64,000 nucleotides of DNA from Candidatus Eiseniibacteriota bacterium (GTDB lineage: Bacteria > Eisenbacteria > RBG-16-71-46 > SZUA-252). Shown one piece after another: positions 1 to 8,696 of this stretch. The notes below the pieces were generated by a model. The model ran no database searches. It was not told the origin of the DNA and worked only from the letters and a program-made list of their open reading frames with translations. Where the stretch lies: assembly GCA_031370645.1 (NCBI GenBank), contig JANMQV010000003.1:15435-79434 (forward strand), read 5' to 3'. The position numbers were made by a program, and so were the translations under genes. Every line of letters starts with the position of its first letter. Position 1 is the first letter of the stretch.

Positions 1-1
1 C

Positions 2-604
2 GCGCCCTCCGACTACGATCTCGCCGGCGCGATCGTCGGCATCGCCGAGGAGAACGCCGTGATCGACGGGCGCGGGATCGAGTCGGGCGACATGCTCCTC
101 GGCCTCCCGAGCGTGGGACTCCACACGAACGGCTATTCCTTGGCGCGGAAGATTCTCTTCGACACGCTCGGATTGAGCGTGCGCGACCGATTCCCGGGAC
201 TCTCGGAGACGGTCGGCGAAGCGCTTCTGCGCCCGCATCCTTACTACGGGCCCGCCGTCGCGGCGGCGCGCGCGTCCGGCGACGTCCGCGGCATGGCCCA
301 CATCACGGGCGGCGGCATCCCCGGAAATCTCGTGCGTGTTTTGCCGGAGGGACTCCGCGCCGATGTGGCGCGCGGCTCGTGGCCGGTGCCGCCGATCTTC
401 CGCACGCTCTGCGATTCCGGCCGCGTCTCGGAGGAGGAATCGCTCGAGGTCTGGAACATGGGCATCGGGATGGTGCTCGTCGTGAAGCAATCGGACGCCG
501 ACGCGGTGGAGCGCTCGATCGGCTCGGCCGGGCATGGCGTTTATCGAATCGGATCGATTTCCGCGGGGTCGCGGGAGGTTCGGATCGTCGGCGGCTCAGC
601 GTAG
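2..604 (+). CDS. purM: Phosphoribosylformylglycinamidine cyclo-ligase (AIR synthetase), 5'-truncated by the window edge
   Basis: Frame is open from base 2 (..DYDLAGAIVG..); motifs GLPSVGLHTNGYSLARK, AHITGGGIPGNLVRVLP and WNMGIGM. Confidence 0.95.
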   Translation, partial: APSDYDLAGAIVGIAEENAVIDGRGIESGDMLLGLPSVGLHTNGYSLARKILFDTLGLSVRDRFPGLSETVGEALLRPHPYYGPAVAAARASGDVRGMAHITGGGIPGNLVRVLPEGLRADVARGSWPVPPIFRTLCDSGRVSEEESLEVWNMGIGMVLVVKQSDADAVERSIGSAGHGVYRIGSISAGSREVRIVGGSA

Positions 605-663
605 CGCCGGCGTCGTGGAAGAACCGGGCTGGGGCCCGGTCGCGAAGGGAAGGGGGGCGCACC

Positions 664-1773
664 ATGGTAACGACCACGCTCGCGCGCTGGACGCGCGGCG
701 ACGACCACGATGTTCTCGACTTGGACGCGCTGGCGCCGGAGGGGCTCGGCCCCTTCACCACGTCGCTCGGACTGGTCGGAACGAGTCCCGCGATGCTCGC
801 CCTCGGCGAGCGGTTGAAACTCCTCGGCCGGAGCCACGCCACGGTGCTCATCCGCGGCGAAACCGGGACCGGGAAAGAACTCGTGGCGCGCGCGCTCCAT
901 CGGCTGAGCCCGCGCGCCGAGAAGCCGTTCCTCCCGCACAATTTCGCCTCCATCCCCGATACGCTCGTCGAGAGCGAACTCTTCGGCCATGCTCGAGGCT
1001 CGTTCACGGGCGCGCATGCCGATCGGGCGGGGCTGTTCGAGCAGGCGAGCGGCGGGACCCTCTTCCTGGATGAGATCGGAGACGCCAGTAGCGGCGTGCA
1101 GAGCCGCCTTCTCCGGGTCTTGCAGGAGGGTGAAATCCGGCGGGTGGGGGACGCCAAGGCGCGCCGCGTCGATGTCCGCGTCGTCGCCGCCACCCATCGC
1201 GACCTGGTCGCGTCGGTGCGCGCCGGACGATTCCGCGAAGACCTCTTCTACCGGCTCCACGTGTTGGAACTCTCCGCTCCACCGCTCCGCGACCGACGCG
1301 ACGATGTTCCGCTCCTCACCGCGCACGTGCTTCGCCGACTCCGCGACCGGGAGGCGCTCGGGGTCTCGGGGATTTCTCGCGGGGCGCTTCGACGGTTGGT
1401 GGCGCACGAGTGGCCGGGGAATGTGCGGGAGTTGGAGTCGGTCCTGACGCGCGCCGCGCACACGGCCGCGCCCGGCGCGCCGATCACCGAGGCATCGCTC
1501 GGCGACGCCGTGGCCCGGGGGACCGGTTGGGTGCGCGAGGAGCCGGAAGCGCTCCGCGAACGGACTCGGGTCTTCGAGGCCGGCGTCATCGAGCATGCGC
1601 TCCGCCGTCATGGCGGCAATCGGACACGCGCCGCGCGGGAATTGGGGCTCACCCGGCAGGGTCTCTGGAAAAAGTTGCGCCGGCTCCGCGGTTCGCCGCC
1701 GGCGTGCGACTCCCTGGACGAAGCCATCGTCGCGATCGCGCCGTCGGCGCCGGCGACGGGGGATTGGTCTTGA
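664..1773 (+). CDS. Sigma54-dependent transcriptional activator (AAA+ plus Fis-type HTH) without an N-terminal sensory domain
   Basis: Walker A GETGTGKE, ESELFGHARGSFTGA, LFLDEI, FREDLFYRL, WPGNVREL, C-terminal GNRTRAARELGL HTH; ATG 664 follows a purine-rich RBS, and the longer ORF start overlaps purM. Confidence 0.9.
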   Translation: MVTTTLARWTRGDDHDVLDLDALAPEGLGPFTTSLGLVGTSPAMLALGERLKLLGRSHATVLIRGETGTGKELVARALHRLSPRAEKPFLPHNFASIPDTLVESELFGHARGSFTGAHADRAGLFEQASGGTLFLDEIGDASSGVQSRLLRVLQEGEIRRVGDAKARRVDVRVVAATHRDLVASVRAGRFREDLFYRLHVLELSAPPLRDRRDDVPLLTAHVLRRLRDREALGVSGISRGALRRLVAHEWPGNVRELESVLTRAAHTAAPGAPITEASLGDAVARGTGWVREEPEALRERTRVFEAGVIEHALRRHGGNRTRAARELGLTRQGLWKKLRRLRGSPPACDSLDEAIVAIAPSAPATGDWS

Positions 1774-1799
1774 TTTAGGAGGGGTTCGCGACCGATACT
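1770..1799 (+). promoter_or_regulatory. Possible sigma70 promoter TTGATT-N18-GATACT
   Basis: Hexamers read directly; -35 overlaps the upstream TGA stop. Confidence 0.35.
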
Positions 1800-1849
1800 C
1801 GCCCCGCATTCGCCCGTCGAAACCCAACCCTCGCCCCGGAGATCGTGTC

Positions 1850-2863
1850 GTGGAAAAGAGTCCCCTCCGTCTCGGCGTGATCGGCGTCGGGCTCGTCTCT
1901 CAGATCAATCACCTCCCCTGCCTCAAGAAGCGTCCCGACGTCCAGGTGGTCGCGATCTGCGACGACGATCCCGAGAAGGCGCGCATGGTGGCGCAGCATT
2001 TCGGCATCGGCCGCACCGTGGCGGATGGGGAGACGCTCCTCCGGGCCGACGACATCGACGCCGTGATCATCGCCACGCCGAATCACCTTCACGCCCCGAT
2101 GACCATCGCCGCGCTCGGCTATGGGAAGCACGTCCTTTGCGAAAAGCCGCCGGCGCGAAACGCGGCCGAAGCGGTCCAGATGGCGGAGGCGGCCAAGAAG
2201 TCGGGGAAGATGCTCTTCTACGCCATGAACAACCGCTTCCGAAGCGACGTGCAGGTGCTGCGCGCGTACATGGAGCGGAAGGAGTTCGGGAAGATCTTCT
2301 ACGCCAAGACCGGGTGGCTAAGGCGTCGGAGCGATCGCCGCGGGCCGTCGTGGTACCAGAACAAGCGAAGCGCGGGCGGCGGCGTGCTGATGGATCTCGG
2401 CACGCAGATGCTCGACTTGGCGTTCTGGCTCATGGGAAACCCGAAGGTCGCCTCGGTGACGGCGACAAAGTACGCGAACGATCCGCGCCAGGAAGTGGAA
2501 GACACGCTGGCCGCCCTCCTGGTGTTCGAGAACGGCGCGTCGCTCTCGCTGGAAGTCTCGTGGGCGCTCCTTCTGGAGAAGAACTTCCCGTATTTGAATC
2601 TTTTCGGGACCCACGGCGCGGCGCTCCTGAATCCGTTCCGCATCCACAAGGAGCTGAACGGGAACCTTCTGAACGTCACGCCCGCGCTCGACACGAAAAA
2701 CGTCTACAAGGCGTCGTACGAGGCGGAGCTCGACCACTTCATCCGCTGCCTCACGCTCGGCGAGAAGCCCATCGTCACGCCGGAAGACGGCGTCGCCCTC
2801 ATGAAGGTCATCGACGCGATCTACCAGTCGGCCGAGGCGCGTCGTGAGGTCCGCCTCGATTAG
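1850..2863 (+). CDS. Gfo/Idh/MocA family NAD(P)-dependent oxidoreductase
   Basis: GVIGVG Rossmann motif, ATPNHLH, CEKP, GGGVLMDLG; GTG 1850 with GGAG upstream. Confidence 0.9.
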   Translation: MEKSPLRLGVIGVGLVSQINHLPCLKKRPDVQVVAICDDDPEKARMVAQHFGIGRTVADGETLLRADDIDAVIIATPNHLHAPMTIAALGYGKHVLCEKPPARNAAEAVQMAEAAKKSGKMLFYAMNNRFRSDVQVLRAYMERKEFGKIFYAKTGWLRRRSDRRGPSWYQNKRSAGGGVLMDLGTQMLDLAFWLMGNPKVASVTATKYANDPRQEVEDTLAALLVFENGASLSLEVSWALLLEKNFPYLNLFGTHGAALLNPFRIHKELNGNLLNVTPALDTKNVYKASYEAELDHFIRCLTLGEKPIVTPEDGVALMKVIDAIYQSAEARREVRLD

Positions 2864-4490
2864 TCCCTTCCGCGGGCTCGTCCTAGCGGCCGCCTCCGGG
2901 ATACTGATCAGCCTCTCCTTCCCGAATACCGGCGCGTGGTGGCTCGTCTTCGTCGCGCTCATTCCGCTTCTGATGGTGATTCACCACGGCTCGCCCGCGC
3001 CCGGCGCGCATGGCCCGGCCGACCGCGTCTCTCGGTGGGCGCCCTGGATCACCGGCATCGTCGCCTCCGTCTTCGTCTTCCACTGGATCACGCGCATCCC
3101 GACCCACGCCATGACCCAGCCATGGTTGATCTGGCCGGCGCTCTTGCTCCTGGGCCTCTATCTCGGCCTCTACGTCGCGCTCTTTGGTTGGATCGTGCGC
3201 ATCGTGCGGCGGCGACTCGGGATCTCCGTATTTCTCGTGGCGCCCGTCGCCTGGAGCGCTTCCGAGTGGCTCAAGTCATCGGGAGAATTGGGATGTCCCT
3301 GGGGGAATCTTGGAACCGTCTTGGCGGGGCACCCCGCGTGGGTGCAATGGGCGTCGGTGGTTGGGACGCAGGGGCTCACGTTGTGGATCGTGGCGGTGAA
3401 CGCCTTGGTGGCGGCGTCGCTCGTGAAGTTCGCCTCGCGGCGGCTGGTGGAGGGCGCGCTTCGCTTGGCGCTCGGTGTCGCGATTCTGGCGTTGCCTCCG
3501 CTCTGGGGCGCCGATCGACTGCGCGACGCCGTACGCGCCGCGGCCGCATCGCCCGTGGCGTTTCAGCCGATCGCACGCGTCGCGCTCATCCAGCCGAACA
3601 TTCCGAGCGACGAGAAGTGGAATCCTGCGCATCAGGACAGCGTGGTCGAGGTCATCTATCGCCTCACGCACGAGGCGGCCGCCGCGGATACGGCCGGGCT
3701 CGACCTCGTGATCTGGCCGGAAACGGCGCTCCCGTTCTATGTCCGGCTGGAGCCGGTCAAGTTGAGAAGGCTGCTCGACACGGCGAAGGAGATCCGCACT
3801 CCCATCCTGGCAGCCTATCCCGACGCGCGCCTCAGTTCGTCCGGCGACGTCACGACGCACAACGCCGCGGGGCTGGTGTCGCGCGCCGGTTCGATCTCGG
3901 GGCAGTACGAGAAGATTCACCTTGTGCCGTTTGGTGAGCGGATCCCGTTCCAAAGCCTCTTTCCGTTCCTCGGTCGATTCGATCTCGGTCAGGCGGAGTG
4001 GACCCCGGGAACCGATCCGTTGGTCTTCGGGGGAGCGGGGCCATCATTCGGAGTGTTGATCTGCTTCGAGTCGATCTTTCCCGGCGACGCACGGCGATAC
4101 CGGCTCGGGGGCGCGCAGTATCTGGTGAACATCACGAACGACGAATGGTTCGGGAAGTCCGCCGGGCCGGTTCAGCACGCGGATCTGGCGGTGTTGCGAT
4201 CGGTGGAACTCGGGATGGGTCTCGTGCGCGCGGCGAACACCGGCATCTCGATGATCGTCGATCCCTACGGCCGAGTGACGGAGGCGACGGGGTTGTTCGA
4301 GCAGCGAATCGTGATCGGCGACGTGCCCGCGCCCCTGCCGCCGACGACGTACGCGCAGTGGGGGGACTGGACGACCCTCTTGTCGGTCGTGCTCGTGGTC
4401 GTGCTGCTCGTGGCCGCCTGGTTCCGCCCGGTGGGGAGACGGTCGGAACCGCTCGCCGTGTTGAAGTCACCGCCCGCCTCACCCGGTTGA
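2844..4490 (+). CDS. lnt: Apolipoprotein N-acyltransferase
   Basis: Multi-TM N-terminus; nitrilase triad WPE / YEKIHLVPFGE / LICFES; TNDEWFG; RAANTGIS. Confidence 0.95.
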   Translation: MRSASISPFRGLVLAAASGILISLSFPNTGAWWLVFVALIPLLMVIHHGSPAPGAHGPADRVSRWAPWITGIVASVFVFHWITRIPTHAMTQPWLIWPALLLLGLYLGLYVALFGWIVRIVRRRLGISVFLVAPVAWSASEWLKSSGELGCPWGNLGTVLAGHPAWVQWASVVGTQGLTLWIVAVNALVAASLVKFASRRLVEGALRLALGVAILALPPLWGADRLRDAVRAAAASPVAFQPIARVALIQPNIPSDEKWNPAHQDSVVEVIYRLTHEAAAADTAGLDLVIWPETALPFYVRLEPVKLRRLLDTAKEIRTPILAAYPDARLSSSGDVTTHNAAGLVSRAGSISGQYEKIHLVPFGERIPFQSLFPFLGRFDLGQAEWTPGTDPLVFGGAGPSFGVLICFESIFPGDARRYRLGGAQYLVNITNDEWFGKSAGPVQHADLAVLRSVELGMGLVRAANTGISMIVDPYGRVTEATGLFEQRIVIGDVPAPLPPTTYAQWGDWTTLLSVVLVVVLLVAAWFRPVGRRSEPLAVLKSPPASPG

Positions 4491-4515
4491 CACCCACCCC
4501 AAACCCGGGTAACCT
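4487..4515 (+). promoter_or_regulatory. Sigma70-type promoter TTGACA-N17-TAACCT
   Basis: Perfect -35, 17-bp spacer and TAnnnT -10; -35 overlaps the lnt stop. Confidence 0.65.
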
Positions 4516-4521
4516 CCTGAT

Positions 4522-4610
4522 CTTAGGTGGGCCACGGTCTCCATCGGGAGCCTGCGAACCCGCCTCCGACGGCACGGAGGATGCTCAGCGCGGTGCCCGG
4601 CTCGCCCGAA
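4522..4610 (+). ncRNA. Candidate structured RNA leader or small RNA (unassigned family)
   Basis: Closing stem GGTGGGCC/GGCTCGCC, inner hairpins CTCC-ATCG-GGAG and CCTCCG-ACGGCA-CGGAGG, possible GGCAC/GTGCC pairing; starts just after a strong promoter. Confidence 0.35.
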
Positions 4611-5330
4611 CGAAACGACCCGACCTCTCATCCCGCTTCCGCGCGTCCGCGTCACCCGGCGGCGCTCCTGGCGTTCGCCCTCGCGGCCGGCGCCGGAATC
4701 TCCTTCGCCCGCGCCCCCATTTTGCTCGCGCTCACGACCATCTCATTCGCCGCCCTCACGCTTCGAGCGGAAGGGAAGCGGCCTCGCGCTGAACTCCCGT
4801 TCCTCGGACTCGCGGTCATTCTCTTTCTGGCCCACGCGATCCTGGCTCGCTTCCAACCTCAGGCCACAATCGCGGCAACCCTCCTGGCCCTTCGACTTCT
4901 CGCGCTCGTCTATCTCACGCGGTGGGCGGTGAAGACCTTCCTGCCGGGTGCCGCGCAGTGGCTGCTCGAACAACCGATCCCCACGCGCCCTCGTCCGCTG
5001 GCGCTCGCCGTGGAGAGCGCACGTCTCTCGACCGCGCTCCTCCCGCTCGCGGCGAAGGAAGCCGAGGCGCAGACGCTCGCGCTCAAGGCTCGCGGGATTC
5101 GCACCGGGCGTGGGCTCCTCGGTCGCGCCCGCTTCACGGCCGCGTGGATTCTCCCCTTTCTCGGGACCATGCTCCGCGTCGGAGACGCTCTGGCCGACGC
5201 GCTTCACGCTCGCGGCTACACGCCCGGTAAGCGTCGTGTGGGGCTAGCGCGGGCGCCGTGGGCCTTGACCGACGCCGGCCTCGTTGTTTTGGGAATCGCG
5301 ATCGCGGGGGCGCTCTACCGTGGGTTCTGA
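4581..5330 (+). CDS. Energy-coupling factor transporter transmembrane (EcfT/CbiQ-like) protein, divergent
   Basis: Several hydrophobic helices then two ARG coupling motifs (LKARG, LHARG); directly precedes truA as ecfT often does; ATG 4581 after GGAGG (start uncertain). Confidence 0.65.
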   Translation: MLSAVPGSPERNDPTSHPASARPRHPAALLAFALAAGAGISFARAPILLALTTISFAALTLRAEGKRPRAELPFLGLAVILFLAHAILARFQPQATIAATLLALRLLALVYLTRWAVKTFLPGAAQWLLEQPIPTRPRPLALAVESARLSTALLPLAAKEAEAQTLALKARGIRTGRGLLGRARFTAAWILPFLGTMLRVGDALADALHARGYTPGKRRVGLARAPWALTDAGLVVLGIAIAGALYRGF

Positions 5331-6111
5331 GCGCCGGCTCGCCACCATTCGCCTCGCCGTCGAGTACGACGGCACGGCATTTCACGGCTGGCAACGCCAA
5401 TCGCGCGCCCGTTCCGTTCAGGGAGAGATCGAAGCCGCCCTGGAACGTATTACCGGCGCGCCCGCTCGCGTGACCGGCGCCGGCCGCACCGACGCGGGGT
5501 GTCACGCGGCGGGGCAGGTGGCGAGCGCCACGGTGGAGACGCGCTTGGAACCGGCGCGACTCCTGGCCGCGCTCAACGCGCATCTGCCGCACGATGTCCG
5601 GATCGTGGAAGCGGTGGAGGCGCGCGCGGAGTTTCACGCCCGCTTCGACGCGATACGCCGGTCGTATCGATACCTCATCGTTCCGCCGCCCGCCGCCATC
5701 GATCGCGCTCGGGCGTGGGTGCGCCCGATGAAATGCGATGCGGAGGCGCTCCACCGCGCATCCCAGCCACTGAAGGGGGAGCACGATTTCGTCTCCTTCT
5801 CGAAGGCGACGCCCGACGCCGACTCCACTCGCTGCCGCGTCACACGCGCGCACTGGAGCGGGCGCGAAGGCCGCTTCCGGTTCGACATCGAAGCCGACCG
5901 ATTCCTGTACACTATGGTTCGTAAGATCGTCGCGACGATCGTCCGCGAGGCGGAGTCGGGACGAGGCGCCGGCTCGGTTCGCGCGGTGTTGGAAGCACGC
6001 GACCGGAGGGCGGCGGCGCCGCCCGCGCCGGCACACGGTCTCTATCTCATGCGAGTTCGATATCCGCGGATCGGTTGGGTTCCGCGGGGGAGGATGAATG
6101 TCGTCGGTTAA
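5320..6111 (+). CDS. truA: tRNA pseudouridine(38-40) synthase
   Basis: EYDGTAFHGWQ, GAGRTDAGCHA, FLYTMVRKIV, APAHGLYL. Confidence 0.95.
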   Translation: MGSERRLATIRLAVEYDGTAFHGWQRQSRARSVQGEIEAALERITGAPARVTGAGRTDAGCHAAGQVASATVETRLEPARLLAALNAHLPHDVRIVEAVEARAEFHARFDAIRRSYRYLIVPPPAAIDRARAWVRPMKCDAEALHRASQPLKGEHDFVSFSKATPDADSTRCRVTRAHWSGREGRFRFDIEADRFLYTMVRKIVATIVREAESGRGAGSVRAVLEARDRRAAAPPAPAHGLYLMRVRYPRIGWVPRGRMNVVG

Positions 6112-7348
6112 TCCAGTACCAGGCACGGAACGCGCTGGTTCGCCTTGGTCCGCGGGGACGCTCGTCGCGGGCGTCGTGTTCGGACTCCTTCTCATCGCGG
6201 CGCTCCTCCTGGCGACGCGCGGCTCGAAGCAGGGAATGCAGCCCGGCACGCCACTCTTCGAGACGTTCCCGGCGGCGGCCTCCGCGCGCCCCGATTCGAA
6301 CGAACTCCCCGCGGCCCTCGATGGCTCGCGGCGCACCGCGATCGTCCGGGCGGCGGAGCGGGTCGGCCCGTCGGTCGTCACGCTGAGCGTGATCCAATCG
6401 CGCGTCGTTCAGACGACGCCACTCGGCGTCGGAGACGAATTCTTCGAGCCTTTCTTCCGCGACATGATTCCCCAATACCGCTATCGCGAACAGATCCCGA
6501 GCATGGGCTCGGGTTTCATCATCTCCTCGGACGGCTACGTTCTGACGAACGAGCACGTCATTCGGGGGGCCGACCAGATCAAGGCGATCCTTTCGGATGG
6601 CCGGACGTTCGCGGGCCGCGTCATCGGGGCTCACCCACGCTACGATCTCGCGGTGGTGAAGATCGAAGGGAAGAATCTCCCCGTCGCCTCGCTCGGCACC
6701 GCGAACGACCTCATGGTGGGCGAGTGGGCGATCGCGATCGGCAACCCGTTTGGCTTCCTCTTGAACGACGTGCAGCCGACCGTCACGGCGGGAGTGGTCA
6801 GCGCCACGCATCGCGACATCAAGTCGCAGAACGACGACGGCGGCATCTACAAGGACATGATTCAGACGGATGCCGCCATCAACCCGGGGAACTCGGGCGG
6901 TCCGCTCCTGAACGCGAAGGGCGAAGTGATCGGCGTGAACACCTTCATCTTCTCGAAGGGCGGAGGCGGATCGATCGGCATCGGCTTCGCCATCCCGATC
7001 GACGCGGCGAAGCGCGTGGTGGACGAAATTCTCAAGTACGGCAAGGTCCGAAATGTCTGGATCGGCGTTCGCACCTGGGAATTGACGCCCTATGTCGCCG
7101 AGCGCCTCTCGACCACCGACAAGAACGGTCTCTACGTTTCCGTCGTGGAGCGGGGGAGCCCCGCCGACAAGGCCGGGATGAAGGTGGGCGACATCATCCG
7201 GAAGGTGAACGGGACGACGATCCGCGACGTGCAGGAAGCCTACCGTGCCATCTTCGGCGCGAATGTCGGCGACACGATCACCTTGACCGTGGACCGCGAC
7301 ACGAAGCAGATCACGTTCCGGCTCCTGCTCGAGGAGGCGCCCGAGTGA
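6098..7348 (+). CDS. htrA: HtrA/DegP family serine protease with N-terminal anchor and one PDZ domain
   Basis: GSGFII, TNEHV, QTDAAINPGNSGGPL, C-terminal PDZ (SPADKAGMKVGDII). Confidence 0.92.
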   Translation: MSSVNPVPGTERAGSPWSAGTLVAGVVFGLLLIAALLLATRGSKQGMQPGTPLFETFPAAASARPDSNELPAALDGSRRTAIVRAAERVGPSVVTLSVIQSRVVQTTPLGVGDEFFEPFFRDMIPQYRYREQIPSMGSGFIISSDGYVLTNEHVIRGADQIKAILSDGRTFAGRVIGAHPRYDLAVVKIEGKNLPVASLGTANDLMVGEWAIAIGNPFGFLLNDVQPTVTAGVVSATHRDIKSQNDDGGIYKDMIQTDAAINPGNSGGPLLNAKGEVIGVNTFIFSKGGGGSIGIGFAIPIDAAKRVVDEILKYGKVRNVWIGVRTWELTPYVAERLSTTDKNGLYVSVVERGSPADKAGMKVGDIIRKVNGTTIRDVQEAYRAIFGANVGDTITLTVDRDTKQITFRLLLEEAPE

Positions 7349-7382
7349 CGCCGGCCCCAAGCGTGACCGGGGGAACGGCTCG

Positions 7383-8696
7383 ATGATTCCGCGCTACAGT
7401 CGCCCGGCGATGGCCGCGATCTTCGACGACGCGACGCGCTACCAGATCTGGCTCGACGTGGAGATCGCCGTCACCGCCGCGATCGAAAAGCGGGGTGAGG
7501 TTCCGGCGGGCACGGCGGATCGCATCCGCGCCGGCGCGCGAGTGAATGTCGCGCGGATCGATGAGCTCGAAGAGACGCTTCGTCACGACGTGATCGCGTT
7601 CCTCACGCAGATCGGCGAGACGGTGGGAGCCGACGCGCGCTTCCTTCACCTCGGGATGACGTCGTCGGATCTCGTGGACACGTCGATGGCGCTCCAACTC
7701 GTCCGGGCGACCGATCTCCTCGTAACGGAGGCCGAATCGCTCCGCGAAACCACGCGCGGCCTGGCCCTCAAGCACAAAGACACGATCATGGTCGGACGGA
7801 CGCACGGCATCCATGCCGAGCCGATCACCTTTGGGCTCAAGGTGCTGGTTTGGTACGAAGAACTCGGTCGTGCCGTCGCGCGGCTTCAGTCGGCGCGCGC
7901 GGAGATCGCGGTCGGCAAGCTCTCCGGCGCGGTCGGTACGCTCGCTCATATCGCTCCGGACGTAGAGGAGGAGACGCTTCGCTCCCTCGGGCTCGAGCCC
8001 GAACCGGCCGCGACACAAGTGGTGCAGCGCGATCGCCATGCCGCGTTGCTCTCGGCCGTAGCGCTCCTCGGCGCGTCGGTCGAGAAGATGGCGATGGAGA
8101 TCCGCCACCTCCAACGGACGGAGGTGCTCGAGGCGGAAGAGCCGTTCCGCGAGGGGCAGAAAGGCTCCTCCGCCATGCCGCACAAGCGAAACCCGGTGAA
8201 CTGCGAGCGAATCTGCGGCTTGTCGCGACTCCTTCGCGCGAACGCGCACACCGCCACCGAAAACGTGGCCCTCTGGCACGAGCGCGACATCAGTCATTCG
8301 AGCGTGGAGCGGGTGATCGTTCCCGATTCTTTCCTGGTCGCCGATTTCATCACTTTCCAGATGCGGGAAATCCTGGCCGGGCTCCTCGTCTACCCCGAGC
8401 GGATGCGCGTGAATGTGGATCGCACTCGCGGGCTCGTCTATTCGCAGCGGGTTCTCCTCGCCCTCACCACGGCGGGGCTCGCGCGCGAGAAGGCCTACGC
8501 CATCGTTCAGCGCCACGCCATGGACGCCTGGAAGGCGGAACCCGATTTGATGACGCGGCTCCTGGCCGATTCCGAAGTCACGAAGGCCCTCGACCGCGCT
8601 TCGCTGGAGCGTTGCTTCGACCCCGAGTATTTCCTTCGTCACGTCGGCCACATCTTCGATCGTGTCCTGGGAGCCACGCTTGCCGCCCACCGCTGA
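7383..8696 (+). CDS. purB: Adenylosuccinate lyase
   Basis: MIPRYSRP start, GMTSSD, GRTHGIHAEP, GSSAMPHKRNP, WHERDISHSS. Confidence 0.97.
   Translation: MIPRYSRPAMAAIFDDATRYQIWLDVEIAVTAAIEKRGEVPAGTADRIRAGARVNVARIDELEETLRHDVIAFLTQIGETVGADARFLHLGMTSSDLVDTSMALQLVRATDLLVTEAESLRETTRGLALKHKDTIMVGRTHGIHAEPITFGLKVLVWYEELGRAVARLQSARAEIAVGKLSGAVGTLAHIAPDVEEETLRSLGLEPEPAATQVVQRDRHAALLSAVALLGASVEKMAMEIRHLQRTEVLEAEEPFREGQKGSSAMPHKRNPVNCERICGLSRLLRANAHTATENVALWHERDISHSSVERVIVPDSFLVADFITFQMREILAGLLVYPERMRVNVDRTRGLVYSQRVLLALTTAGLAREKAYAIVQRHAMDAWKAEPDLMTRLLADSEVTKALDRASLERCFDPEYFLRHVGHIFDRVLGATLAAHR

Noticed and set aside
4522..4610. Assignment to SRP RNA, tRNA, ZTP, ykkC or c-di-GMP-II riboswitch
   Set aside because: Diagnostic sequences (TCAGG..GGAA..AGCAG, T-loop, GACTGGCG, CTAGGGTTCCG) are missing; kept only as an unassigned candidate
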